64,000 nucleotides of DNA, from positions 3,328,001 to 3,392,000 of the forward strand of contig CM000153.2 of assembly GCA_000004695.1 (NCBI GenBank). Reading direction: 5' to 3'. This DNA comes from Dictyostelium discoideum (lineage: Eukaryota). Of this stretch, positions 47,645 through 60,706 are shown one piece after another (the first letter of the stretch is position 1; each line of letters begins with the position of its first letter). The position numbers and the translations under genes are program-made. Under the pieces are notes generated by a model that saw nothing but the letters and a program-made list of their open reading frames with translations, did not search any database and was not told the DNA's origin.

Positions 47645-49390
47645 TTATTTTTTACTCTTTCTCATTCTATTTTGATCTTTAGTATAACCATTATAAGATA
47701 GTGAATCGAATAAATCACATTTTGGATCATTGGTAATAAGATCTTTAACTTCGAAACCAAGTTTCATAACTAAAGAGGTATTGGTAGTTTTAGTGGTTGG
47801 ATTCCAAACTTTTGGAGTTGGTAAACCATTAGGATGACTTGGATTAGAGTATTTAATGAAATTAACGAAATAATTATTTAATTGTTCAGCAAATTCTTCT
47901 TCTTCCTCTTCTAAATCTAAATCAAGTGCACTTTCATATGTATTGAAAACCATTGGTAATTCAGTACCATGACAAACTAAACCTTCACATGCTTCAAATG
48001 AATGACCTCCTGATAATACTTGTTTGTATTGGTAATGGTAAATTGGTGATTCATTGGCTTGAGCTGATTTTGAGACATGGTATCTACCTGGACAACGGAA
48101 GAGGTAATCGGTGAGTAATTTAGATAATATTGGTCTACTATCTTTTAAGAAACCTGGTAATGGATAATGCTCTAAAACTTTATTACCATTTGCAATACCG
48201 AATAAAACATGTACCATGGTTCTATAGGAACTTGGAATCACAACATTTTTATACGTCATGTAAACAAAGAGTATAGCCTCATCTTGGTTATCACCAATAA
48301 TGGTTGGAACATCATGAGTTGTACCTTGTTTTATCATTGTCAATGGTTGTTCATTTACATTAATTCCGTCGACCACTGGTGACCAGATTGTAAAAGCATC
48401 AAGAATCTTATCACCAATAGCCAAACCAAGTTCCTTTTGAATTGCTAAAATCTCCTCTGGTGATTTTGAACGATGGCAATCGATATCTTCAAGATCACAA
48501 CCAATCTTACTTGAGAAACGACCTGCAAATCCTCTTGCAACAGTTTGACTCTTCAAACCAACAGTATATGGTGTAGAAGAAAGAATTGCACGATGGAATT
48601 TACCTTCAGATTTTTCACTAGACAAATGAGCAGCAACTGAAAATGCACCTGCAGATTCACCATAAATTGTAACTTGATTCTTATCACCACCAAATACTTC
48701 AATATTTTCTTGAACCCAATCTAAAGCCATAACTTGATCTAAGAAACCAAAATTACCACTTAATAAACCAGTACATAAGAAACCTAATACACCAAGACGA
48801 TAGTTTACATTTACAACAATAACTGATGAATTTGCAAATTTAAGACCATCATAAAGTGGACATGAACCAGTACCTTGTGTAAATGCACCACCTAAAAAAT
48901 ATTTAAATAAAAAAATAAAATTTCAATTAATATTTGAAAAAATAATAATAAAAATAATAATAATAATAATTTATAAAAACATACCTGGAATAAAAACCAT
49001 TACTGGTACTTTTGAACCTGGATTAACTGTTCTTGGAATGAATACATCTAAATAAAGACAATCTTCACTTGTACCAACTTCAGAACAACTTCCTTTACCT
49101 AATTTACAATCTTGAATACATTGGTCTCTTTGTTTAGTACCATCTCTAACATAGGACCATGGCTTTGGTGGTTGTGGATCTTCATAACGTAATTCGTCAA
49201 TTGGTGGACGGGCAAACGGAATACCGTAAAATACACGATGAGTATCGGTTACTGTACCTCTAATAGCACCATCGGATAATAAAACTTCATTATCACCTAA
49301 AGTTCTAATACCTTTTCTACCAAATTTTTTAGCTGCTGATATAATATCAAATGATAATAAAATAATTAATAAAATTATTATTTTATTCAT
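47645..49390 (-). CDS. type-B carboxylesterase/lipase paralog, ~550 aa; join(complement: 48985..49390, 47645..48891)
   Basis: It is about 55-60% identical to 45704..47482 (EDCLYLDVFIP, YGESAGAFSVAAHL, GLVCHGTELPMVF). Its single intron (GTATGT donor, phase 1, ..VFIPG|GAFTQGTGS) sits at the same position as the intron of the plus-strand paralog. Confidence 0.75.
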
Positions 49391-49496
49391 TTTATTTTGG
49401 ATTTTAAATAATTATAATTATTATTATTGAAAATAAATTAATGAATGGAAAAGAAAAAAAAAAAAGACTTAAATACATTTTTATTTTTATTATCAT

Positions 49497-49540
<44 letters not shown>

Positions 49541-49635
49541 AAAATAATATATAATTTTGAAAATCAAAATTGATTTGTAAGTTGACTTGATTATTTTTTT
49601 TTTTTTATTATTAAAAATGAATGTGGGTGGGTATC

Positions 49636-49672
<37 letters not shown>

Positions 49673-50115
49673 CTTCACCAATCATTTTACAAAATAAGAA
49701 ACCCACCTTTTGGGAAAACGGTTTTTTTTTTGTTTGGCCCATTAAAAAAAAAAAAAAAAAATTAATAATATCACTTTTTTTTGATTGCCCATTAAAAAAA
49801 AAAAAAAAAATTGTAAATAATAAAGTTATTTGAAATTGAAATCTGACTAAAAAAAAAACAGTTCCCCGAAAAAAAAAAAAAAAAAACAAATTAATTAATT
49901 AATTTAAAAAAAACAAAATATCTAAAACGAAAGAATTGTGCAAATTTAACCATTAAAAGAAAATGATTAAAAAAAAATAAAAAAAAAAAAATTTGTGATG
50001 GAATGGCACAAATTTAACATTGGGGTTTATTGAATAAAAAAAAATTCAAAAAAAAAAAGCTTTGTGTCTCGAGTATTTCTTATATCTTCAAAATTATTTA
50101 ATATTTTTTTTTTAT

Positions 50116-50166
<51 letters not shown>

Positions 50167-50324
50167 ATTTCTTTTTCCAGTTTAAATATGAGAGAGGTGA
50201 TTATTTTTATTTATTTGAAAATTATTACTAACATTTACATTTTGACTGTCAATAATAGTGCTATTAATTTTATTATTATTAATTTTTTAACCATTGAAAC
50301 CAATTAAGGAAAATATTTTAAAAG

Positions 50325-50360
<36 letters not shown>

Positions 50361-50777
50361 CTTATAAAAAAAATAAATAACCCAATAATCTATAATTTAA
50401 GTGATTATTTGATTTTTTTTTTTTTTTTTTTTTGGAAACACAATGTTTCAAGCATTTCCCAAAACATATGTTTTATTTTTTTTTTTTTTTATTTTGTTTT
50501 TTTATTTTGTTTTTTTATTTTGTTGGCTTTAACACTCGTTTTGGATATATTATAAACATATGTTAAAATGTTTTTATTCTTTTTATTTTATTTTGTTTTT
50601 TTTTTTGTTTTTTTTTTTTTCATTATTTATTTTTTGAAATAATTTTTATTTTTTTTATTTATTTATTATTTCTTCCATTTTATTTTTAATAAAGAAAAAA
50701 TTATATATTTGATAACAAATAAATTTAATTTTAAAAAAAAAAACAAAAAATTGTTTAAAAAAAAAAAAAAAAAAAAA

Positions 50778-50993
50778 ATGCAAAACAGGTATTTACCATA
50801 TGGAAAAATGAATCAATGTGAAAACAATTATGGCGGTAATGATAACATTTTAAATAATAACAACTACAATAATGATGATCGCTATAACAATTATAAAAAT
50901 AATAATATTATTGAAAATAATAACTATACTTACAATAATGGTGGTGGTAGTAAAAATGATAAGAAAAATATTCAAAGAAATAATAATAGTAAT

Positions 50994-51070
<77 letters not shown>

Positions 51071-51617
51071 TAATAATAATAATAATTATAATTATAATAA
51101 AAATAATTATAATAAAAAAACATATACTTATAGAGGTAGAGTTAGAAAATATGCAACAGCATTATTTTTTATAAGTACTGATTTTATACTTATGGATGAT
51201 ATTCAAATTCAATTGAAAAAACCAATACATTTTTATCAAAAATATTTATTAATTCATGGAAATTCAGATAATGGTATAAAAATTGTACTTCCTTATAAAT
51301 ATATTGGTGAAATTAAACTTGAAAGGTTTGAAACAAGTTTCAATTTATCATTTTCAACCACTGTTACAACTGGTCGTCAAAGTGCAAGATATGTAATAAA
51401 ATCTTTAAAAAATGAATTTTTAATTGATTTTAAGAATGATTTAAGCTCTGTCTTTGGTAATGTCTCTTTTTTTGAAACTGATCATTCATTACAGGAAATG
51501 TATAAACAAATTCAATTTCCATCACAATCACAACCATCATCATTTTCTTCTTCATCTTCTTCCTCCTCAATACAATTATCACCATCACCATCATCTTCAT
51601 CATCACCTAAATTATAG
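50778..51617 (+). CDS. hypothetical poly-Asn protein (~279 aa)
   Basis: Frame 50709..51617 is open; the ORF-track start is a TTG in an A-run, and the first ATG is at 50778 (MQNRYLPYGKMNQCENNYGG). It contains an N25 tract encoded by (AAT)n at 50995..51075 and a C-terminal non-repetitive segment TTGRQSARYVIKSLKNEFLIDFKNDLSSVFGNVSFFETDHSLQEMYKQIQF. I recognise no family. Confidence 0.45.
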
Positions 51618-52000
51618 TATTTACCCCGACAACCACAATTTAATCAATTCTTTAGTCAAAATAATATTTTAAATGATAGAAATAATAATAATAATAATAA
51701 TTTTAATAATAATAATAATAATAATTTTAATGATTTTAATAATTTTAATAATTTCAACAGTGACAACACTAATTATTGAAAATGAGTCAAAAAAATAATA
51801 AAAAAAATAAACAAAACTACCAGAATTAAAAAAAATAAAGAAAATAAAAAAATAAAACAATAAAAAAACAAAAATAAAAAAACAATCAAATTTTTGCATA
51901 ACGAACTCCTCTTTTTTTTTTGAAAAAAAAAAAAAAAAAAAAAAAAAAAACTTATTATTTTTTTATTTATTTTTTTTATTAATTTTTTTATTTTTTTATT

Positions 52001-52042
<42 letters not shown>

Positions 52043-52069
52043 TTTTTTTCTTTTTTTTTTTTTTCAAAG

Positions 52070-52919
52070 ATGTTAACTTTATCAGATTTTAATTTAGATA
52101 TAGAGGAAATTATTAACCACTTATTAAAGAGTGAAGCTAATAATCCACCACCCACAAGGCTATATAACCAATTTATAAAGTATTTATATGATTCACATTC
52201 AATATTAAATCTAACAAGTATTCAAATTAAAAATTTGAAAGAGTAAGTGTTAAATATCAAAAAAAAAGTCGCCCTAATTTTTACAAAAATTAGTGTGTGG
52301 GTTTTGGTAATTTGCAAACTAAAAAAGAAAAGTTAAAAAAAAGCTGGAAAAAAAGCTGGAGAAATTATTAACAACAAACTAAAATAAAAAAAATTAAAAA
52401 AAAATAGAGTAATTTATAAATATGACAAAAATGATGAATTCTATTTAGTAGCTAGATATAATGACTATGTAAAATTAAACTATTCAAATGAAAATGAACA
52501 AACCAATCTCTTTTCTCAACTTTTTGATTCAAATTGGTATACCAGAGTTAATATGAATAATCATACTGAAAGATTTAAAAGACATTTATTATTTTATCAA
52601 GTTTTACTCACAAATTCTCATTCATTCAGTCAAGTAAGTAAATAATACATTATTTTTATAAATATATTCATTAAACAATTCTATACTAATTCAATAAAAA
52701 AAAAAAACAACTTTACCCTTTTTATAGAAATTATCAAATCACATTGGGGTTTCTATTTTAGCATGTGTAAGAAAGAGTGAGTTATGTGTAAAAATTAATA
52801 TTAAAATTTCAGAATTTACAGAGATTGATTTATTATATATGCTATTCTCATTATTACTATTAATTAAAGAGGATGATAATAATAATCAACAAAAACCATT
52901 ACCAGAAATAATAACCAAC

Positions 52920-52953
<34 letters not shown>

Positions 52954-53217
52954 GTATTGATGATGAATTAGAATATGAAATGAAAAGATCAAATCATATA
53001 AAACAAGAAACATTATCCATATTCCAAAGCATTTATGAATCTAAAGCATTCCAAAAAAATATTTTTTCTTTAAATCCACCACCACCAACTCCTCGTTTTC
53101 TTAAAACAATAAATTCAAATGATATGGTCTTCATATTATTCAATGATAATCCTCTATCTCAATTACAACAACAACAACAACAACAACCATATAATGGAAT
53201 TCATGAAATTAACAATG

Positions 53218-53253
<36 letters not shown>

Positions 53254-56039
53254 TAGAAAATGATAATATGTATGATGAAAAATTAATTAAATTTTGTAAA
53301 GATATAGTTTCAATTGAAGAAAATGAATATATAAAGTCAATTATAAAAATATTAAATTTAATTAAAAATGATGATAATTCAAAAAAGAATTATACAATGT
53401 TTTTATTAGGTTTAGCTAAATTCTCACATGTAATTCAATATAAATTAGTTGATGAAATTGTTAATGCAATCAATGTTGAAGGTGCCAAAACACTATTTGA
53501 ACCAACTATAATGGATACAACCGATTTCAATTTCTTAATTATACCAATGTTAAAAATTAATGGTTTTTATTTTGAAAAGTTTAAAACATTAATGAATTTC
53601 ATTAAAAAGAATTTAAAAGATGATTATCGTGAAGCTCAACATAGAAAATATTTAAATATTACAAATTGTGAAGATCTTGATCAAAATAGTTTAAAAAATC
53701 AAACACACCCCCCTACATTACCTTTGAATTTTGGTGATGGTATAGGTAGTGTTATTGGTGGTTCTATTAGTTTTAATAATGGTATTGATTCAATTCATTA
53801 TTATTTATTACCACAATTTTATAAACAATCATTATTGATTGATAATAATCATTTTGAAAAGACTTTATCAATATTAGAAAAGTTACATCAATATGCAAAT
53901 TTCCTATTACCAACTTTAGATTTCACCTATAATTTCGCAACATGTTGTGAAAATAAAAAAGAAACCAAAGATAGTTTAATGATATTTAAAGTTGATGAAT
54001 CAATTTTACTTAAACATTCAATAACATTACGATCAAATACTAAAAGTGATTTTCAAATTCGTTTAGCTAATAATAATTTATTAAGATTGAAAGAATTATT
54101 CATTTTCTTATTTGAACGTATTAAAGAACATCATTTAATGAAAGAATCTTTAGAATTTATTTTATATGGTTTAAAAAATAGTGAAGAAAATGAAAATCAA
54201 AATGAAAATCAAAATGAAAATGGTCCTCATTCAATTAAATATAAATTTGTATTGGATAAATTAAAACATTTCTTATTAATTTTATCAATTGATGAAATTG
54301 ATAAATATTTAGTACCAATTTTTACAGAACAATGTTTAAAATCACCATATTATAAAATGAAACAAGTTAAACCAATTATAAAGGAATCGTTAAGTAGAGA
54401 TAACCAAGCACAAATTATATTACCAATTTATTTAATTCAAAATATATTATTATTGTTAATTAATGATAGTTCAACAACAAGTCAAAGATGTAAATTAAAA
54501 TTATCAATGGTTAATAAATTATTTTATAAAAATGTTGTAAACATTATAAACTCATCAATTAGTGTACCGATATATCTAAAGAAATCATTCTTAAAATTAC
54601 AACAATTAAATCATCCAAGAGATTTAGAAACAAATTCATTGGCTAAAGTTAATGGAGATTGGTCAATATTAAAAATTGATAAAATATCATATTTAAAGAT
54701 TAAAACACCTTCTAGAATCATTGAAAGTTTAGATTTATCTTATGGTAATTTACTTTTATCAATGAAACAATTAAAAATTTTAGAAATTAAACTTTACAAT
54801 GGTAAATTCTCAAAAGATGATTTCAATTCATTAATTGCTCTACCAACTTTAGAAAAAGTTATATTTAGTGAAACATTATCAAAAGAAATTTTAAATTCTT
54901 TATCATCAATTAAAAAATTATCAAAAGTAAAAAAAGTTGAATTATATTTAATTGATGATACTGATTTAAATTCTGATAATTATGATTATAAATTATTAAA
55001 TTCATTATCATATTATTATAATGGTAATGGTAGAAATAGTGGTAATGATGATGACGATGATGATGATGGTTTAGGTGATATTAATCATATAATTAAAATT
55101 AAGAGAATCAATGTTGGTTTTGGATTTTTTTTATCTTGTTATTTTAATGGTACATTAAATTGGATATCAAATAATTTAGTAGATTGTTTTAAAATTCATT
55201 TATCACAATGTGATTTTAATCATGACTTTAGTGGTCAATTAGTTTCAGATTTTAGAAATAGTATTAGTGCTATTACACTTTTAAGTAATAAGAATAGTAT
55301 TACTAGTGCTGGTGGTAGTAGTGGTAGTGGTAGTGGTGGAAATTTCTTTAGTGGTGATGAAGAGTTTTTAGGATTTTCTCATGGTAGAATTTCAAGAATT
55401 AAAACTTTAAGACAATATAAAGATTTATTCACTTCAAATTATTCAAAGAAATCATTTAAATCAAATATTAAACAATTGGAAATTTATTTAGATAATGGTG
55501 AATTATCAATACTATTATTGCAATGTTTATTGGATGAAATAAATTTAGAATCTATTAAAATCCAGTATGCATTACTTGAACCAAATTCAAAAATTAAAAA
55601 ACCAGCTTCAAAATTATTTAAATTCCTATCATCATCAAAATCATTCCAATCATTGAATTCAGTTTCAATTCAAACTTTATCAGGTTATTCAAATGATTTA
55701 ATTGATTGGTTTAATAATAAAACTTATTCTTTCACTCCTGCAAATAATTTCAAATTTATTGACTTTTATAGAAATCAACCATTTTCAAATGATTTAGAAT
55801 TTAGTGATGATGATGATGGTGATGGTGATGGTGATAATAATGAAAATAAAAAAGGTGATAATTTAAATAGTGATGGTGATGATGACGAATTGTTTGATGG
55901 TGAAAGTGATGAAATGTTTAGTGAAGATTTAGAAATGCAACTAGAAACTGAAGGTTTGAATGATGGTGAATATAACTTTGGTGATTATGATGACGAAGAT
56001 GACGATGAAGATGATGATGATGAATATGATGATGAATGA
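52070..56039 (+). CDS. large hypothetical protein (~1236 aa) with leucine-rich-repeat-like central region and acidic C-terminal tail; join(52070..52242,52408..52633,52728..56039)
   Basis: ATG at 52070 (MLTLSDFNLDIEEIINHLLKSEANNPP...IKNLKE) ends at a GTAAGT donor (52243). Exon 2 (52408..52633, EVIYKYDKNDEFYLVARY...LLTNSHSFSQ) ends at a second GTAAGT donor. The acceptor ttttatag at 52727 is in frame with the 1066-aa ORF 52839..56039. The ORF contains poly-N tracts, LRR-like L-rich repeats and a D/E-rich tail (DYDDEDDDEDDDDEYDDE*). Confidence 0.55.
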
Positions 56040-56217
56040 ACATTTCATTCATATGAATGCTTTAAACTAAACAACAAAATAAAAATTTTAAAAAGCCATT
56101 AAAATATTTCTTTTTTTTTTTTTTTTTTTTTTATTATTACTATTATTTTAATTAATTTCTCAATAATTAATATTGTTATTATTGTTGCCAGTGCTAATAA
56201 AAATCATTTGTCGAATG

Positions 56218-56272
<55 letters not shown>

Positions 56273-57001
56273 CAAATCTTAATAATCTTAATAAAATCTA
56301 TCCCAAATAAATAAAATAATTATTGTAATGATATTCTATGTGCCATAATAAAACTTTTTTTTTTTTTTTTTTTTTTTTTTGTGTCTTGTTGTTGTGTTTA
56401 ATATTTTTTAACATAACATCAATAAAATCTATCTCAAACATTGATAAAAAAAAAAAAACTATTTGAAACCGTTAGCCTCTTTAAAAAAAAAATGCTGAAA
56501 ACAAAAAAAGTGTTGGCCAACCCATTTGCACCTTGGGTTACAGTAATAATAACAAAAAAAAAAAAGAAAGAAAAAAAATATCTTTGTTTATAATAAACTT
56601 TTTTAAATAAAAGAATAAAAAAAGAACTAAAAAATTTTTATTTTTTTTTTTTTTTTTTTTTTTTTTTATTTTTTTGAATTTATAGGTGCATATTAAAAAT
56701 AAATAAAAAAAAGACTATAAAATAAAAAAAATAAATTAAAAAACAATATAATTAAAAGTTTATTCTATTTTTTTTATTATTATTTTTTTTTATAAAATTT
56801 TTCGCAACAAAACTTTTTTTGGTTCGAAAATAAAAATAAAAAAAAATAACGTGATTTCATTTTAATTTAATCAATCATAAAAAAATAATGAGAAATTTTT
56901 CAAAAAAAAAAAAATTGAAAATTTTTACGTTGGACACCTTTCGTTAAAAATTTTTTATTTGTGCATTCAATTTTTTTCTTCCTTTTTCTTTCATCCACAT
57001 A

Positions 57002-57755
57002 ATGTCTGAGTAGGTTTATCTATATGTTATTTCATGTCGCATTTTATATTTAGGTCATAATAAACAATATAAAAATAAATAGAAATTTAGGATTGATTCA
57101 AACAGATTAAGATTAAAAAAGATTAAAAAGGATTATCAATTATTCTATTTACTATGACGAATCTATGACAGAATAACAACACAATACGATAATAATTTAT
57201 AAAATTATAATAAAGGATTGGTTATTAATCAATAATCTTTCATTTAATAGACAAATCAAAAAGCGTACTTTCAAAAAGTTCACATACTCTGGTGTTGCCT
57301 TAGAGAGTCTCCTTGACTTAAAGGAAGAACAATTAATTTCATTATTGAGATGTCGTGCTCGTAGAAAGTTAAGACGTGAAACCCCAATCAAACACGTCAA
57401 CTTCTTAAAGAAATGCAGAGCCTCAAAAGCCGCCGTTACCCAAGTCGGTGAAAAACCAGCCCTCGTCAAAACCCACGCTCGTAACATTTTAATTGTTCCA
57501 GAAATGATCGGTTCTGTCATTGGTATCTACAACGGTAAAGTTTTCAATCAAGTTGAAGTTAAACCAGAAATGATTGGTCACTACACTGGTGAATTCTCAC
57601 TCTCATACAAGAGTGTCAACCATGGTCGTCCAGGTATTGGTGCTACTCACTCTTCAAGGTATGTTTTTTTTTTAAAAAAAATAATAACAAAAGGTTACTT
57701 TTACTAACATATTTATTATTTTTTTACAAAATATAGATTCATCCCATTGAAGTAG
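57002..57755 (+). CDS. rps15: 40S ribosomal protein S15 (uS19); join(57002..57009,57251..57658,57737..57755)
   Basis: Exon 1 is an 8-nt micro-exon (ATG TCT GA|GTAGGT). Exon 2 after catttaatag gives [46 protein letters not shown]...[66 protein letters not shown], ending at a GTATGT donor. Exon 3 after atatag gives RFIPLK*. It is nearly collinear with human RPS15 (..[46 protein letters not shown]...[70 protein letters not shown]). Confidence 0.85.
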
Positions 57756-57915
57756 ATTTTTTATATATCTCTTGTAGCTTTGTTTTAAAATAATAAAGTG
57801 ATAAAGTTATAAACAGTAGTAATAGTAGAAAAAGAATTATTTTTAGTTTATTTTATGTTATTTTTTTAAATTTTTTTTATATCTTTATTTTTTATTATTA
57901 TTGTTTTATTTTTTT

Positions 57916-58767
57916 TTAAGGACATACTACAGTTGATTTACCATTAACAGTTGTAAATTTTAAACCACTTTTATAAATAAAAGAGGTTTTTGCACCATTA
58001 TTGTTTTGTTGTCTTGCTTTAACTATTGCTAAAACACCTTCGTCACCAATATGATTACTTGATAAATTTAATTTTACATTTCTTTTTGTTGTTTTTAAAA
58101 TATCAGCCATTGACATAGCACCTTGATTTCCAATTTCATTATTTGATAAATTAATGGTTTCAATGGATTTATTAACTTTTAACATATTTGCAATGGCAAG
58201 GGCACCTTGTGGACCAATTTTATTATTATTGAAATCCAATTCAATAATTGATTTATTCTTTTCTAAACCTCTACATAGTTGAATGATAGAGTCATTATCC
58301 AAATAGCAATATTCAAAATTCATTGATAAAATGGTTGAATTGGTTTCCAAGGACATTGATATTAGTGATGCCCTTTTCTTATCGATTTCAATATTTGAAA
58401 AGTCTAATGTTGTTAGGGTTGTACTATTTTCAATGATTTGTTGAATTGATAGGAATGCTTGATCCAATACACTTTGTTTATAAGGTATCAATAAATTCTC
58501 TAACCTTTCCGGTACCATTTTAATACTATTAATAGAATGAAAATTATAATATCTCCAAAGTTTACATACTAATGATAATTGATAAAAAGATTGTGATGGT
58601 AATTCATTTGGTTTATCATTTTCATTTACCATTGAAAATATTTTTAATAATACAGTTCCTGGTAAAAAATTAATTTCATAAATTTGTTTAAAATCTCCTA
58701 AAATAATTTTATTATTATCTTTATTATTTTTATTATCATTATTTTCAATAGATTGTTTATTTCCCAT
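57916..58767 (-). CDS. leucine-rich repeat protein (ribonuclease-inhibitor-like LRRs), N-myristoylation-type N-terminus, 283 aa
   Basis: MGNKQS at the N-terminus matches the Gly2 myristoylation consensus. RI-type LRRs follow (IIELDFNNNKIGPQGALAIANMLKVNKSIETINLSNNEIGNQGAMSMADILK...LNLSSNHIGDEGVLAIV). It is a single exon. Confidence 0.65.
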   Translation of the reverse strand: MGNKQSIENNDNKNNKDNNKIILGDFKQIYEINFLPGTVLLKIFSMVNENDKPNELPSQSFYQLSLVCKLWRYYNFHSINSIKMVPERLENLLIPYKQSVLDQAFLSIQQIIENSTTLTTLDFSNIEIDKKRASLISMSLETNSTILSMNFEYCYLDNDSIIQLCRGLEKNKSIIELDFNNNKIGPQGALAIANMLKVNKSIETINLSNNEIGNQGAMSMADILKTTKRNVKLNLSSNHIGDEGVLAIVKARQQNNNGAKTSFIYKSGLKFTTVNGKSTVVCP

Positions 58768-59325
58768 TCTTTTGAAAGTAATAGATTAATTGTAAATTAA
58801 CCCAATTTAATTTTATTATTACTAATTGTATTTTTTATTTTTAATTATTAATTATTTTTTATTTTTTTTATTTTTTTTATTTTTTTTATTTTTTTTTTAT
58901 ACAATTTTTTTTTTTAAAGTGATAAATAAATGTAATATTGGTAATTAAAAATATTATTATATTATTATTATATTTATTATTATTATTTTTTTTAATTGTT
59001 TGGAAAAAACAAAATCAATTATTGATGGTTTATTTTTTTTTTTATAAAATTATTTATTTAATTATTGTGTTATTAATATAACAATTGTTTAAAAATATAA
59101 GTATCTTTTTTTGTAGTTTTTTGAATCGAATATTTTTTTTTTTTTTATAACCCAATTGAATTGGATAAATGTAATTTAATTATTATTTTTTTTTTTTTAT
59201 TTTTTAATTTTTTTTATAATTTTTTTTTTTTTTATTATTTATTATTTAATTTTTTATTGCATTTTTTAAATGATTTATACAGCTTTATTGCACTGAGAAA
59301 GATAACATAATATATACATTTTAGC

Positions 59326-59367
59326 ACACATTCACACAAACACACAAACACACAAACACACAAACTC
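59326..59367. repeat. (ACACAAAC)n microsatellite
   Basis: cacacattcacacaaacacacaaacacacaaacacacaaac in an intergenic region. Confidence 0.7.
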
Positions 59368-60025
59368 AAATTCAAATGTCTCAGTAAAAAAAAAAAAAAA
59401 AAAAAAAAAAATTGGATTGAATAATCATTAAATATTGTTATCATTTTTTATTTATTGAGTTTTTAAGTATGCAAGGGTGATAATGATAGATATATTATAC
59501 AAATTAAATCATTTAATTAAATTTGTAAAAAAAAAAAAAACCAAAACAGGTTTATTAAATTTTTTATTAATTTTATTTTATTTATTTGGTGGTAATATTA
59601 CTGTTTCAATAAATTTTATATTATTTTTTTATTTTATTTAATTTTTTTCAAAAAATAAAGCACCTATCTCATTCCACACACACTAACCCCGATTTTTTAA
59701 TTTTTATTTTTATTAAATTTTTTTTTATTTTTTTTTTTTATTTGTCATTAATTTTTTTTTTATTTTATTTGAAGAGACAAGATGCGAGAAATAATTTGAT
59801 AAAAATCTGATTTTTTTTTTTAAATAACGATTTCATGACAAAAAAAAAGGTTATTATTTATAGATGGCTTGAAAAATTAATAATAAAAAAAATTAAATAA
59901 ATGCAAACATTTATTCCTATTTAAAAGGTTTTTTTTTTTTAATAATTAAAAATAAAATATTTAAACAAATAAATAAAAAATAAAAAATATAAATAGTTAT
60001 TAAATAAAATAAAATAAATAAAAAA

Positions 60026-60706
60026 ATGAATTCAATTGAAAATAATAATAAAATTTGGTTAATCACCGGAACATCAAGTGGTATAGGTTTAGAATTTGTA
60101 AAGAAATTATTTGAAATATGGTTATAAATTATCAGCATTAACTAGTAAACCAGAAGAGATTATAAAAGAGATTAAATTTGAAAAAGATAATTTATTAATT
60201 GTTAAAACTGATATTACAAACAATGAATTAGTAAAGAATGCAGTGACTAATAAACAATTTGGTAGAATTGATGTATTGGTTAATAATGCTGGTTATGGTT
60301 TAGTTGGTGCAATTGAAGAATTATCAGATTCAGAGGTTAGAAAGATATACGATGTAAATGTATTTGGCGTTTTAAATTTATTAAGAAATTCAACACCATA
60401 TTTTAGAAAACAAAAATCAGGTTTAATAATTAACATTTCCTCTCAAATGGGTTGGGATAGTATGCGAAATTATTCAGCCTACAGTTCAACTAAACATGCA
60501 GTTAATGCAATTACATTATCAGCACAAAAAGAGTTTAAACCATTTGGTGTAAATGTAATTTTGATATTTTTAATAAATATGCTTTCACCCGTTTCGCTCA
60601 AGAGTTTGATCTCTATTTTGGTCTTGCTTTATTCACTGGTTTAACTGCTTTAGATACTCACAATGTAAACCAGATTTCATTAGAGTTCCAATTGATCTAT
60701 TTTTAG
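60026..60706 (+). pseudogene. short-chain dehydrogenase/reductase (SDR) family gene with disrupted reading frame (pseudogene or base-call errors)
   Basis: ATG at 60026 gives MNSIENNNKIWLITGTSSGIGLEFVKKLFE (Rossmann TGxxxGIG), then hits a stop. The SDR body continues in another frame from 60111: KYGYKLSALTSKPEE...IDVLVNNAGYG...NISSQMGWDSMRNYSAYSSTKHAVNAITLSAQKEFKPFGVNV, with NNAG and the Y-x3-K catalytic motif. A second shift occurs near 60565 (..DIFNKYAFTRFAQEFDLYFG.. lies in a third frame). No GT...AG interval long enough to be an intron separates the pieces. Confidence 0.5.

Noticed and set aside
50872-51174. poly-Ile and poly-Tyr ORFs over the (AAT)n tract
   Set aside because: They are alternate-frame or antisense translations of the trinucleotide repeat that encodes poly-Asn in the 50778..51617 gene.
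57197-57520. 107-aa minus-strand ORF opposite rps15
   Set aside because: It is antisense to the highly conserved uS19 coding exon.
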